Below the pieces are notes generated by a model. That model was not told where the DNA came from and ran no database searches. It was given only the letters and a program-made list of their open reading frames with translations. This document shows positions 37,533 to 49,678 of a stretch of 64,000 nt of DNA, in pieces (the first letter of the stretch is position 1; the number at the start of each line of letters is the position of its first letter). The position numbers and the translations under genes were made by a program. This stretch comes from Callorhinchus milii (Eukaryota), in the NCBI RefSeq assembly GCF_018977255.1, contig NW_024704743.1, forward strand, positions 60,638,001 to 60,702,000, given 5' to 3'.

Positions 37533-38689
37533 CACACCTGTTTCATAGGAAGCAGTGGTTTGATATCTGATGACAGTCATGTTATATCGTTCCTATACAT
37601 TGATTGCTATAAGGAAAAACAGTAAACTACAGGTGTACTGGGAGAAGGCATGTAAAGGATTCGAATGGTCATCTTCTGTCCTGTCACTTTCTATAGTTCT
37701 ACACCTGAGAATTCCTGTGAAGACTCATACCCTTTTGGCTTTTGGACAGCAACCAAAACAATATGAGGCTTTGCAGGAATTCTGCAGAAGATACTGCATA
37801 AAAGCTGAACATATTGTCAAATATCATGAATGATGGGGGTAATATAACAGAGGTGGGATATTAAAAGCAAAGCTCAGCATATAACATCAGCTTCAGCATT
37901 GTTTATAGAAAATAATGATCTTCGCATTTGGTGCAGTGCATTTCATGTCGGTAGGACATCTCATACCTTTTCACAGGATTCACTGTAAAGTGTAGTGACT
38001 GTGTGTTTTATAGGCAAAGGAAGCAGGCAATTTGCACGCAGCAGTATCCCACAAACTGCCAATAGCCATGGAGGATTGTTGGCCAGGACATTGGGAGGAA
38101 TTCTCTTCTCTTTGAGATTTTTATTGTTATGAACCTGGAATTGCCCATCTTGGGAAACCACAATTTATAGAGGAATTTGTGGAGTCCGATAGATCCATTT
38201 TGGCCCCCAGGTGCCTCTGAAATGTTGTCGTCTCATAATGTGAATTGAATCTTTCAAGGCCATTAGCAGTCCCTGATAATAGGATCCAGCGAAGGACACA
38301 AACCTCTGTGAGGGCAGAATAGGCAAATTCTGTTTGACTGCCTTTGGTCAACACCCGTAAATTCTCCTCCTTCCCTGCTTTGCTTGGGGATCTTCATCTT
38401 TGTGAATGTCTTCGAGACGGTCATCTAAATTGTAAGAGTATGGGGACAGTTACCAAATGTGTCATCAAAGGTTTTTTCAGCAGAGTTTTGGAAGACGAGG
38501 AGAGTGTGCAAGATGGAATTCTGCAGAGCAGAGGCATATCAACTGAAAGCTCAGGTGCTGACAGTGGGTTGGATGGTGTGGGAGGGGTACAAGATGCTAA
38601 ATGCAAGTTCTTTGAAGTGATAATTTCTATCACTTGTTGGCATAAACCTATTTTGAAAAGAACAATTAGTGACGTACTGAAACGAAACG

Positions 38690-38990
38690 TTGGACAAGTT
38701 TCCTTACTCCACATGGCTGTGTTTACCTAGCAGTAAGTAGGAACCTGGTTGTTTGTCGATTGGCAGATTGCTTTTACAGGGGTAATAATGACTTTCAAAT
38801 AATTTTTAAAATAATTGGTTACTTCAATCCATGACTGTTTGTGGGACACTGCTGTGCGCAATTGGCTGCTGTGTTTCGCCCACAAAATATGCAGTCAATT
38901 CACTTTACAGTATATTCCCTGAAGCGCTTTGAGACATCTCGAAGACGTGATAAAGCGCTGTATCAAATGCAAGGATTATTATTATTATAA
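38690..38990 (+). mobile_element. tRNA-derived SINE, long subfamily, 5'-truncated
   Basis: ttggacaagtttccttactccac...gagacatctcgaagacgtgataaagcgctgtatcaaatgcaaggattattatt. Confidence 0.88.
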
Positions 38991-39208
38991 CTGAAGTGTA
39001 CTAAGACCATAAACATGTCCACAGAAATGGTGAATTTTCATTGTTGGGAGTAATATTTATATTTATGCACTGCAGAAAATCAACTGCTTGATGTATTCAG
39101 ACACTATTAAAAATGACTGCTGATTTGGAAAGAAAGATATAAGACAAAATTACACTGTGCCAAGAATTACCACATATTCACCAAGTAACTTTATTTCCCT
39201 CCTCCAAG

Positions 39209-39315
39209 GGGATGGCGCCACTACATATACCCCTGGCAGTGGGTATAGTGTTTATGAAGAGGAAAATGAAAAGTTAACAGAGGGACTTCGTGAGAAAGTA
39301 ACTGCATTAAAATCG
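39209..39315 (+). CDS. BET1: BET1 coding exon 2 (GDGATTYTPGSGYSVYEEENEKLTEGLREKVTALKS)
   Basis: Pyrimidine tract then ccaag|GG (AAG acceptor); donor TCG|gtgagt; start of SNARE motif EEENE.L.E.LR.KVTA.KS. Confidence 0.95.
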
Positions 39316-39384
39316 GTGAGTTCATCTATTTGTTACAGGTTTAAGTAATTTACATTGGATTAAAGTATTGATACTGTTCAGCAG

Positions 39385-39710
39385 TTAAGTGATAACTGTC
39401 CGCTCCTCCACTCAGTGGACTCTGTTCTGCTCCACGTTCCCCGCTCTGCCTGCCCCACCATCGGCGGTAGGCCCTTCAACCTTTCTAGCCCCATCCTTTG
39501 GAACTCCATCCCACAGTCCCTTCATCTCGCTTCCTAACTTGCCTCTTTCAAGCCCTGTCTCAAGACCCTTCTCTCCAACCGCACTTTCAGTCACCCTCCT
39601 CCTCCTACCCTCCCTTCCTTCATTCCTCCTGATCCCAACCCCTAGCTTGGGAGCAAATCCTTGACTGTCCAGAGCCTTGGGATGTCCTCGCTGAAAGGTG
39701 CATTGTTTCT
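39385..39710 (+). mobile_element. L2 3' fragment in BET1 intron 2
   Basis: GRPFNLSSPILWNSIP-like remnant; tail gactgtccagagccttgggatgtcc. Confidence 0.8.
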
Positions 39711-40328
39711 AACAAAATTACTATGATCAAGAAGGATGGTTGAGGCAGGACACTGGGCTCATTTAAGAAACAACTTAATGCTATTCATGGAAGACAGTTG
39801 CATTAACTGGAAGGATGAGATGATATATCATTCATATCTATGTTGGGATAATGCCCCATTATAATGCAATTGTCAGGATCTTTAAAATATGAGACTGTGT
39901 TAAAATGGGTCATTCATAACAGGACCGCTCGCAATTAATTTATGAGGTTGCTTGGGTCACTGTTGATGTTCCCAAGCCCTCTGCACTATGTGCACAAAGC
40001 TGGTAGACAGTGGTGATGACTCTTTGCAAAGTAGCAAGCCTATATGCCACAGCTCCACTGTCATATCGCGTTAAATTCAAACCCGCAATATACTAACGTG
40101 TGCGAGAGCAAGTCTGCATATTCAGCAAGATCTTTTATCTGAAATAAAGGGAAGTTAATTTGGATACATTCTATTATCAGTTGAATCAGTTGTTTCAGTG
40201 TTGTACAGTTGAGATAATAGTTTGATGTTGCTGGTAAGTAGGTTTTCTGCAATATCACAGCAACACAATCTTACATTTAGATTCTAAGTTAGAGTTCTAA
40301 TTGGAAGCCAGAAGTGGCTGTGCAATAT

Positions 40329-41002
40329 AAATAATAATAATCCTTGCTTTTTATATAGCGCTTTTCACATCTTCGAGATGACTCAAAGCACTTCACAGAA
40401 TATACTGTAACGTGAATTGACTGTATATTTTGTGGACAGTCAATTGCACACAGCAGTGTCCCACAAACAGTCTTGGATTGAAGTGACCAATTTATTATTT
40501 TTTTTTTGAAGGAATTATTACCCCCGGAAAAGCGATCCACCAATCGACTAATTTGATTAAGGGTTCCTACTTACTGCCAGGTAAACAGGCGTGTGGAGTA
40601 AGGAACCTTGCCCAAGATTTTACCCTGCCGGGAATCTAACCACTGAGTTACAGCACTCCACAATTCATGTAAATTATAATAATAATAATCCTTGCATTTG
40701 ATATAGCGCTTTTCACGTCGGGAGGACGTCCCAAAGCGCTTCACAGAACACACTGTAAAGTGAATTGACTGTATATTTGTGGGCGAACGCGGCAGCCAAT
40801 TGCGCACAGCAATGTCCCACAAACAGTCATGGTTTGAAAGTGACCAATTTATTATTGTTTTTATTTTTTTTTGGAGGGATTATTATTAGGCTCTGTGTGG
40901 AGTAAGGAAACTTGCCCAAGGTTTCGCCCTCTGCCTGGAATTGAACCCACGTGTCTCGCTTGCAAAGCGAGTGCTCTAACCACTGAGCTACAGGACTCCA
41001 CA
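40329..41002 (-). mobile_element. Two tandem SINE copies (long subfamily 40329-40660; young short subfamily 40675-41002)
   Basis: Both end in (TTA)n on the minus strand; the second has a full head gtggagtcctgtagctcagtggttagagcactcgctttgcaagcgag. Confidence 0.9.
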
Positions 41003-41103
41003 ATTGTGTCCACCCAGAGCACCCGAATCGGAAGAAAGGAACTGAGCAACATTGTATTACTAATAATTTGATATTTTCTCACTTTTTCTCATTTTTTCTG
41101 CAG

Positions 41104-41160
41104 CTTTCAATTGATATTGGAACTGAAGTTAAATACCACAATAAAATGATAAATGAGATG
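41104..41160 (+). CDS. BET1: BET1 coding exon 3 (LSIDIGTEVKYHNKMINEM)
   Basis: ttttttctgcag|CTT...ATG|gtatgt; 57 nt, phase 0-0; SNARE motif. Confidence 0.96.
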
Positions 41161-42211
41161 GTATGTATTGAACATTCACACAAGTTTTCAATGAGTAACA
41201 CTCAGATATTGCATTTTTATTTTATTTTATCCGAAAAGAATTGGGCGAGGCCATGGAACACGTTTAAATGTGAAATACCCAAATACAGAAACAATGCTGA
41301 AACTATGGTGTTGATTTTTAATGATAATTGGAAGTTGTTGTGAGACATTAAAACTGCAGCATTCAGTAATAATCATTTTCCACCAGCAATACTGTTTTAG
41401 AAAATGTTAAGCAACAGTTTTTGTAAAGTCAGATGAGCTGGGCTGGCGAATATGTCATCAGCAGTACCCTGTGGACCTGCCTGGCTCAGGATTATCTGAT
41501 TACCAAGACTGTCCTAGAGAATTGAGTTGACTTCTGGCATCTCATTGCCAAGCATGTTGTTTTGAAGCGAGCTCAGCTCTCCAAGGAGATCCACTTACTC
41601 TCCACGTACTCATTTCAGAGTACAGCTGATTAAAGCAGCTTACTTTACAGCATATTCTGTGAAGCGCTTTGAGACGTCTAGAAGACGCGAAAAATGCTAT
41701 ATCAAATGCAAGGATTATTATTATTATTGTCAGTAAAATATAAACCAAAGTTTCAGTTTGAAAGGCTCCAGTACATGGTATAGCTATTGATTGGTTTCAT
41801 TGTTTCTGCCTAATAAGAGATTTCTCACATGGTGCTGGTAACTGTAATGGAGGGTGGACAGCAATACTGTACGATGCTAACATCAGAAACTGTCAAATTT
41901 GCAATATTTCCAAACTGTAATGCAATTTGAAAAACCAGAAAAGAGTGAAACAAGGCCAGAGAGCAAAGTTCTCGGATGGATGGATGAAGATAAATGATAG
42001 TGAAAGAATGCAGCACATCAGCCTTCCAGGGATTATGTAATCCAACATTTTTAAATACAACCAGATTGCTATGTAGTGATCATTATTGTGATGCCTTTTG
42101 GTGGATGTTGAAGATCACTGCAATGAGACATTGGAATTTGGTTAACATTGAGGGATTCTAGGACATAGAATGAATTACCTACCAAAAATGGTGGTTAAAG
42201 CAGAATCCACT

Positions 42212-42530
42212 ATAATAATAATAATCGTTGCATTTGATATAGCGCTTTTCACGTCTTCTAGACATCACAAAGTGCTTCACACAATATACTGTAAAGTGAA
42301 TTGACTATATTTGTGGGCGAAACGCAGCAGCCTATTGTGCACAGCAGTGTCCCACAGACAGTCATGGATTGAAAATGACCAATTTATTATTGTTTTGTTT
42401 TGGAGGGATTATTATTAGGCTCTGTGTGGAGTAAGGAAACTTGCCCAAGGTTTCGCGCTGCCTGGAATTGAACTTGGGTGTCTCGCTTGCAAGGCGAGTG
42501 CTCTAACCACTGAGCTGCAGGACTCCACAA
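42212..42530 (-). mobile_element. Full-length tRNA-Ala-headed SINE (short body, older-type tail loop) inserted in a CR1 remnant (~42160-42690)
   Basis: Head gtggagtcctgcagctcagtggttagagcactcgccttgcaagcgag; tail gatgtctagaagacgtgaaaagcgc. Confidence 0.88.
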
Positions 42531-43299
42531 TTCTCCAGATGTTGTCTTTCCAAAGTTTATAGCTCTAAAAGGGAATTAGACAAATGTTTAAAAAATAAAA
42601 ATATAAAATCATGTGGGGAAAACGCAAGGGAGTGGAACTAACAAGCTTTTTCAGAGTCTCGGCACAAACATGATGGGCCAGTTGGTCTTCTGTAGGCAGA
42701 CTTGATTATGGTTAGAGCTTCCTTTGCACTTGTTAATGACACTTTCAGAGGCATTGCCAAAGGCCTCCCTTGCCCTCCACCCTTCTGTAAAATTCTTACT
42801 TATTCTTATTTACCGTAAAATTCTTATTTATGCAACAGTTTGATTCTCAGTGAGGTGGAATTTACTGAGTAAATTCTAAGAAGTTTTCTTACCATGGGCA
42901 GTGGAGCTGATGAACACTGACTTGAAAGGAAGACAGATGAGGAAACCTACTGTTTATATGATTGAAAAAACTTAACAGCCCAGAATATATGCACAAACTA
43001 ACCAAACACAATAATATAAGTTGTTAAGATCAAATATTACTCCAACAATTAAAGGAAGTTAGAAGTGCTGCAGAATAAAAAAANCAACAGCAATAAAGGT
43101 TGTGCTGGTTAAAAAAGATTTATAGTGAACTGGAAGATAAATGATGATGGGAATTGTGTGTGAATTTGATTAAAAATATTTGGCAAAATGTTTCAGATAG
43201 GAGGTTTTAGAACAGATGAGGCGGTTGGTAAATGGGTTTATTTTATTCCAAACATATTAAATAATAATAATGGATTTTGTGATTTGCCTCATATACTAA

Positions 43300-43720
43300 G
43301 CTGATTGGTGTTGTTTGTCTTCGAGACTTGCTATAAACTTATCCCAGCACAATGCTGGAGATGTGCTGTTTTGTTGGGATTGCCATCTTTCAGATGAAAG
43401 GTTAAACTGGGTCCCATGTCTTTGTTCAGCTGGATGTAATATATATAATATAGCTATACAAATACAATTTTGTTGTTGTTGTTAAAGATCCCATGGCACT
43501 ATTCATAAAGAGAGGAGTTTCTCCCAGTGCCGTGGGCAAGAGTCCCCCTAAATAAAATTGGTAATTCACTTCTTGCTGTTTGTGCAAACTGCTGTGAACA
43601 ATTGATGCCACATTTGCTCACAAGGTGCATAGTCAGTCCGCTTTACAATAAATCTGGTGAGGTGTGAGACATGACCTCCTAACGTGACCTCCTATACTAA
43701 AAGTAAGGACTATTATTTTA
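43300..43720 (+). mobile_element. Old Deu-domain SINE
   Basis: gccatctttcagatgaaaggttaaac...aaagatcccatggcactattcataaagagaggagtttctccc...gctgtttgtg. Confidence 0.65.
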
Positions 43721-43869
43721 TTTAAAAAGTATCCCATTAACATCAAGGCAATGAAGTACCTCATTGTACTAAAATACCCGGTCATCTTGAGATGGCAAGT
43801 TTAATATGCTATGTTAGAGTAACATTTGGTTGGATTACTTCACCAAGAATCAATATTGTGCTTTCACAG

Positions 43870-44025
43870 GATACGGACTTTGACTCCACAGGTGGACTGC
43901 TAGGTGCAACAATGGGTAGACTCAAGCACATATCCCGTGGGAGTCAAACAAGAATGATATGCTACATGATGTTGTTTGCATTTTTTGTATTTTTTGTACT
44001 TTACTGGATTATTAAACTGAGGTGA
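43870..44025 (+). CDS. BET1: BET1 coding exon 4 ([51 protein letters not shown]), including the C-terminal tail anchor
   Basis: ctttcacag|GAT; TGA at 44023-44025; spliced CDS 339 nt = 112 aa + stop; ends YWIIKLR like vertebrate BET1. Confidence 0.97.
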   Translation, partial: DTDFDSTGGLLGATMGRLKHISRGSQTRMICYMMLFAFFVFFVLYWIIKLR

Positions 44026-44031
44026 AATAAA
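44026..44031 (+). terminator. Candidate poly(A) signal directly after the BET1 stop (others at 44114-44119 and 46605-46610)
   Basis: AATAAA hexamers; which one is used cannot be told from sequence. Confidence 0.35.
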
Positions 44032-46939
44032 TTTGTGCCACTCCAGTATTCACGTATTACACCTTACATACAGTGAACTAACGCTCTTCTGGGACTGGAT
44101 AAATTTTGGTTATAATAAATCTTTTAAAGATTTTTTTAACAAATGAGGGTGCTGCCTCACCCTCATGTTGCAGACTACATTGTGATCATCTCTGCATTCT
44201 CTCAGTGATTTCTGATTCGGTTAATGTTTCATGTTCATGTTTGCATATTAGGAAAAAATTGTAGCTATGGTATTTCTAATATTTGACCTAAGTGAAATTC
44301 TGCTTCTTCCCTTACAATTGCAAATGTTGTGTAAAACCTGATCATTTCCTAATCTACATGCATGCCGAGTTGTGAGTCTAATCTCTCCAACCTTGGGACG
44401 TCCTCCCAACTTGAAAGGCGCTATACAAATGTAATTTTGTATTGTATTAAGTGTTTTGTCTCAACTGTACAGACATCGGATTTGGGAATATTCTATTGTT
44501 GCAGCAAAAAGCAGTGTGTCACAGAATTGAAAGAGATAGGCTCAACCAATAACTGAAGATGTCTAGCCACATCTTTCTAAGGTTCTGCGGAGCATCCAAG
44601 TGGAGATTAGTTTATTTCCTACAGATTTGAATTGCTGGGCAACTTCTTAGCTCATTTACATTTCTTGAATAATTCCTAAAGATAATGGAAAATATATGTA
44701 CTCAGAAAGGTAAAGTTTCTATATCCCAAATAACAGCCACAACACTTTCTGCTTTTTACTGAAAGAAAACAATTCCTCTTTTTACTTGTTTGCTTCCTTG
44801 CATTAACCATTGGCTGAGAGGGAGCTCAGCTGATTTTCACCCCACCCTCAAGCAGCTGGAAGGTGTATAAGAGCAGCCGGGATATGACTGCAGTACTTTG
44901 TGGACTCGTCTGCTTCCTGTTATTCAGTGTCAGAAACTCAGCAAGTGATGCAGTCCATTGATATTCCGAACACTGCACCAGTGTTTTGCCATTAAAAGGG
45001 ATGCCTTAAAAGAGGATTGTCGTACCTCGATACTGTAAAATAGACTAGGTTTAAGTTCACAAGATGAACAAAGAGGCAGCTTGATTATAGTTAGAGTTCC
45101 CTTTGGACTTGTTAATGACTTTAAGAGGCATTGCCAAAGGCCCCCCCACCCCCCTTGCTCTCCACCCTTCTTGATTCCAACCCCCAGCTTGGGTGTAAGC
45201 CCTTGACTGTCCAGCACCTTGGACATATTCCAGAGTGAAAGGTGCAAAATAAATGCAATTTGTTGTTGTCTGGTAGCAGGGACTTGAGACCTAAAGCTGC
45301 TACATTTGCTAACAATTAGTCACTCCACTTAACAGTAACTGAATTGCTTTGAGATGTTTCAATGTAATAAAATGCTATATCAAATACAAGTTTATAATTA
45401 TAATGTGAAAAACAAATGAAGGGAGCTACTATAGGTTAAGATGGCATACTGTCTCTTTCGATGAACTTATGATTTGTGTAGACATTTGCTTTTCTACCAA
45501 TTGTACATTCCATCATGCAACACAACTTTATGTTGAAGGTTGCTTTGGCAGATCCTGAAATTCGGTATTTTGGGGACTATGGTCTGTTTTCAGAATTCCT
45601 CCCTGAATTATCAGTGGGTCCAACAGCAGTGAAAGGCGATTGGAACGTGTTTTGGAGTTGGAGCTATACAGAAAATGGTTACAGCACCTATCAACTCCAT
45701 CATGAGGGCATTCTGATTCAATGTCTCTGTGTTTTTGATGAATAATGTAATACACTATTACAAAGTCTCTGGAACTTACTCAAGCTTCCCACCGAACCCA
45801 CCCCCCCCCCCCCCCCACTATCTTTAAAAGCCGAATAAAATCTAACACTTCGACAGTACCTAGGGTCACCTCTCCTGATCAGTGTCCGTCATCATCTTTG
45901 TAAAGCACTTCAAAACGTTACCCAAAGGTGCTACATAAAGGCAAATTGTTATGTGAGAGATATTCTGTTAAAAAAATACGTGGGTGGATGCAATCTGCCA
46001 TGATGGAATCTGAATGGCTGTTAGCACCAACCAAGCAGTAAGTTCAGGAACTGAAGTGATTCACAAACTCTCTGCCATGGTTCTTGCTTTGATATGATCC
46101 AGAGATGACAAATTTACTAACTGAACGTTCTGGGGAAAATGTTATGAATAACAATTTTATCTGGTACTTCAGAGTTTGAAGCCTGAGATAAAGAACTGAC
46201 TAGAACTGACTTCTTGGATGTAGGTTTGTATCCATCCCAGATTGAATGAATAAAAATGTTGTCTCCGATTTCTACATGGAAGTAGTTTTAACCCAGTCTC
46301 TAGTGGGAGTACAAACTTCTTACAATTCCATTCTGTACTTGCCAAGTCTTACTCGAGAGATTATAAACCGCCATTGGAAGGTCTTTATATTTCAAAATTT
46401 CTATCAAAAAAGTTTCCTAAACATGTAAAAATTCAGGTCTGCCAAAAGCATGATATCAAGGTGAAATGTCTCTTTTCCATCAATAGAATGAAAGTGGTTG
46501 TATTTTTAAAAAAGTGCCTGAGGAATTATTGTTGCATAATTAAATACAGTATGATGTGTTTTCTTTGTCAGAATATGTGTAATAATGTAAAATTAAATGT
46601 TTGCAATAAAAAATTCCACGTGTCCTGCACATTGAACAGTAATTAAGAGTTTCATCCAGATATTAGCTTGTAGCTATACAGCAATAAGTATAGATTCAGG
46701 TTCATTCTCAACTATCATACATATACCAAATCATAGAAAATTGTATTTTGTACATCTAAACCTTATTCTATTTGTCAAATAAAATGTTAGGCATAAACAG
46801 CCACTTTTCTGATCTGGTGGTGACAGATTATAACAACTTCATGACTCCACAGTGTACCTTGCAAGGAATTACTATCACAGTGAATATATTTTTGAACAAA
46901 ACCTGGGTTTAGAGGTGATAAAAAGAAACATTGTGAAGC

Positions 46940-47040
46940 TAAAATAAAAACTAAAATATATTAAAGTACAGAAATGTACACGTCAATCAGCATTTAAGAG
47001 ATTAACATTTTTCAGTACAACCCTTCATTAAAACTGAAGG
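46940..47040 (-). mobile_element. Heavily decayed Penelope-like/hammerhead element (copy 4)
   Basis: Reverse strand cagtt ttaatga agggttgtact gaaa aatgttaat ... aaatgctgattgac resembles copies 1-3. Confidence 0.45.
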
Positions 47041-48794
47041 CCCTTTCTATAGGAACACTGCATACTCTCTATTCCAGTCGAAGGAAGCAAATCCCTGCCA
47101 AATTCCTTGAGAGCCAACAGTTTCAGAAGTGTACAAGATGTCCTTGTGAGATCTCTGCATACTTATTAGTACTGTCTAACCTTTTTCATCTTTTGCAATA
47201 ATAAACGGCGTAGGTGAAGATGGAAAATAAGTATAAAAAAGTGGCAGAAGATCTATAGATGACTACCAGTGCTGTTTTGGTAGGAATATTTAATGTGGGG
47301 GCATCAGATTCAATCTGATTCGATATTCACGTGTTTATGGAACTTTCTTTGCTAACTCCTGTAAGAGGTGTGGATATTTGTCATTTCCAATTATGTAACT
47401 GACATTCAAGGATCATTTTTCTGATACATAGCCAGTAGCCAGACTGGTATTGTCTGAGCAATAATAGTATCCTAATGAAATGCCAATTGCACTACAGGCA
47501 TTGTTCAAAGTGGTAACTAGCAGTGGTGTGAGCTAGAAGACTAGAGTTTTACTGTTAATTCCATTTTTTTTGGTATTCAGTAGAAAGAAAGCAGGGATCA
47601 TCACTTACACACTTACGCAGAACTCTGCTAAGCAGCACCAAATTCTGATAATTTTTTATTAGACAATCAGGTATTCAGACTCATACACCTGCAGTCCTGA
47701 AATCCTTTTCATGCAGCTTATTTGAGTTGAGCAGCTGGGAAATGAATATTGGACAGGTGAGATCAGGACAGAGATAACTTTGTGAAAGGCATATTAAATT
47801 AGCACAAACTGCAGCGATGCTGGGTCATAAATTTGAGCTTCAGAATCTGTTCATCATTTATTAATTCCTGTAATCTAATCATAGAACAAATATTACTGTT
47901 CAGAAAGAGAAGTAGGCGTGCTCTTAAACAGTCAAACACTTCAGTGACTTATTTTTAGTGGCTGACCGTGAACTAATACTGGATTTGAAATGTGGGATGT
48001 TATCCTTATCTTACTCTTCTCTTATCTAAACCACTAAAATAATCTGTATTCTAGATTGAAGTGCTCCTCTTTTGTTTTTAATGGGTGATGTGTTCTATTG
48101 AACAAAGTGACTTATTGATAAATTGTTCCACTTAGATTTAGATTCTTATTTCCAAAACAATGATTCATCAATGAGACTAGATAAAGGTTTGTTGTAATAT
48201 ACCCACAACCTGTGAAACATTTAGAAGCTTCCTGGCAAGACAGGTTTGTGCAAACAAAATATATTAAAACCACTGTTGAGTTTTGCTAGTTGCTGTTGGT
48301 AACATATTAACATTTGGATCAACCTTGGGAAAATGTAGTGCTTTTATATTGGCTGCTTTTCTTGGCAGTCACAAATAAATTTTTGGTATACATTTGGTTC
48401 AATGATTCCATCAGGGTCAAGGTTGCCCTTGCAAAACCTATCCTGTTATTTATGAAGTCTTATTAGAGATTTTCATCCATTCAAATGACATGAACCAATG
48501 CATTGCCAAAACTACTTTGAGGTGGTCTAGGCATCTACCCTCCGAGGCAATTTAGTCTCAGATCACACTGCACATTCTAGATTTGTACAATGCTTTTCAT
48601 GGTCGTTTGCAGTGATTCTCAACAAGGAAAATGAATAGAATCTGTTCATTTAACTTCTTCTCAAAATCTGTTTTCTTGATATAGTTGTTAGTCAAAAGAT
48701 GGAGCAATTGACAGCCAAAGCATATATTAATGTCCTATTGTTGAATTAGTACAACTATGGATTTCTTTTAGTAAGCCAGGTATCTGACACGTGG

Positions 48795-49310
48795 AAACCC
48801 ATCACCATGCTTAAGAGTATCCAAACCAAACAAGTTCCATGCATCCTACCTAGACGTGGAAATTTCAAAAATATTAGTTGGAATGGAATGTGCACTCTCC
48901 CCCTGGAAAGACACACCCTGTTCATCTAATTCCAGAAAGTGTTAGGTGCAGGTTGGCATAAGCCAAGGCTTGTGGACCCCAGATTGTGTGTTGGGGTGCT
49001 GCTGGAGTCTAACCAGCTAAAACTGCATAGCACTGCCTGGCAAGCTTTCCTGTTGCTTGTCCAGCGAGGAGCACCAAACCCATTAATGGGAGCTAAGCGG
49101 GAACTGCCTCCAGTGACTGGTCGGCTCTTCCAAACCTCGATGAGCCAGGCTGCCTGTGCTGTCATCAGCAGTGCCCTGGAATACTGCAGACCCACCTGGC
49201 TCAGGATCCTGACTGCTGAGATCACCACAGAGGGTGGGTTCGATTCTGACATTCTGTTGCCAAACATGGCACCTTGGAGCCAGTTCACTTCCAAGGAGAC
49301 CCTGCAGTTT
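48795..49310. repeat. Longest copy (~520 bp) of the unclassified dispersed repeat family
   Basis: Shares blocks with 18320-18410 (inverted), 25608-25945, 27490-27720, 33180-33330, 41430-41595, 57115-57470, 59752-59795, 61920-62060. Confidence 0.75.
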
Positions 49311-49659
49311 ATAAAAATAGAAGACTCAGGATTATGACAGCTGTGAGATTAGTCACAAAAAGCCTTTTCTAAAAATAACAATTGAGGGAGAGTAACTCCA
49401 TTTTTCATTCCAATCTCCTGATTTTGTAACAGTCTGTTTCTAAGAAACCAATGCACAGGTTTATGAGCTGAAACTGCTCGAGTGAAAAATCATCACTGAA
49501 AATTTCCAAATGAGTAAATAATGATTAAGTACAACAGACATGGTTGGGGGAATAAAATCATAATTTAATTATATTTTACAATACACATTACAGAAATACA
49601 TTGATCCTGAAATTTGCCTAATAAGGCACTGTTACACATAGCTCTGGTGCACGCTCGTG

Positions 49660-49678
49660 CGGCCGGTAGATGGCATTT
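49660..49678 (+). promoter_or_regulatory. Candidate CTCF site
   Basis: CGGCCGGTAGATGGCATTT fits the core CCRSYAGRKGGCR; CpGs locally retained. Confidence 0.45.

Noticed and set aside
43084..43084. Ambiguous base n
   Set aside because: Assembly ambiguity next to an A-run; not biological
48926..49337. Antiparallel 122/132-aa ORFs
   Set aside because: They lie inside the dispersed repeat, and the frames are not preserved in other copies
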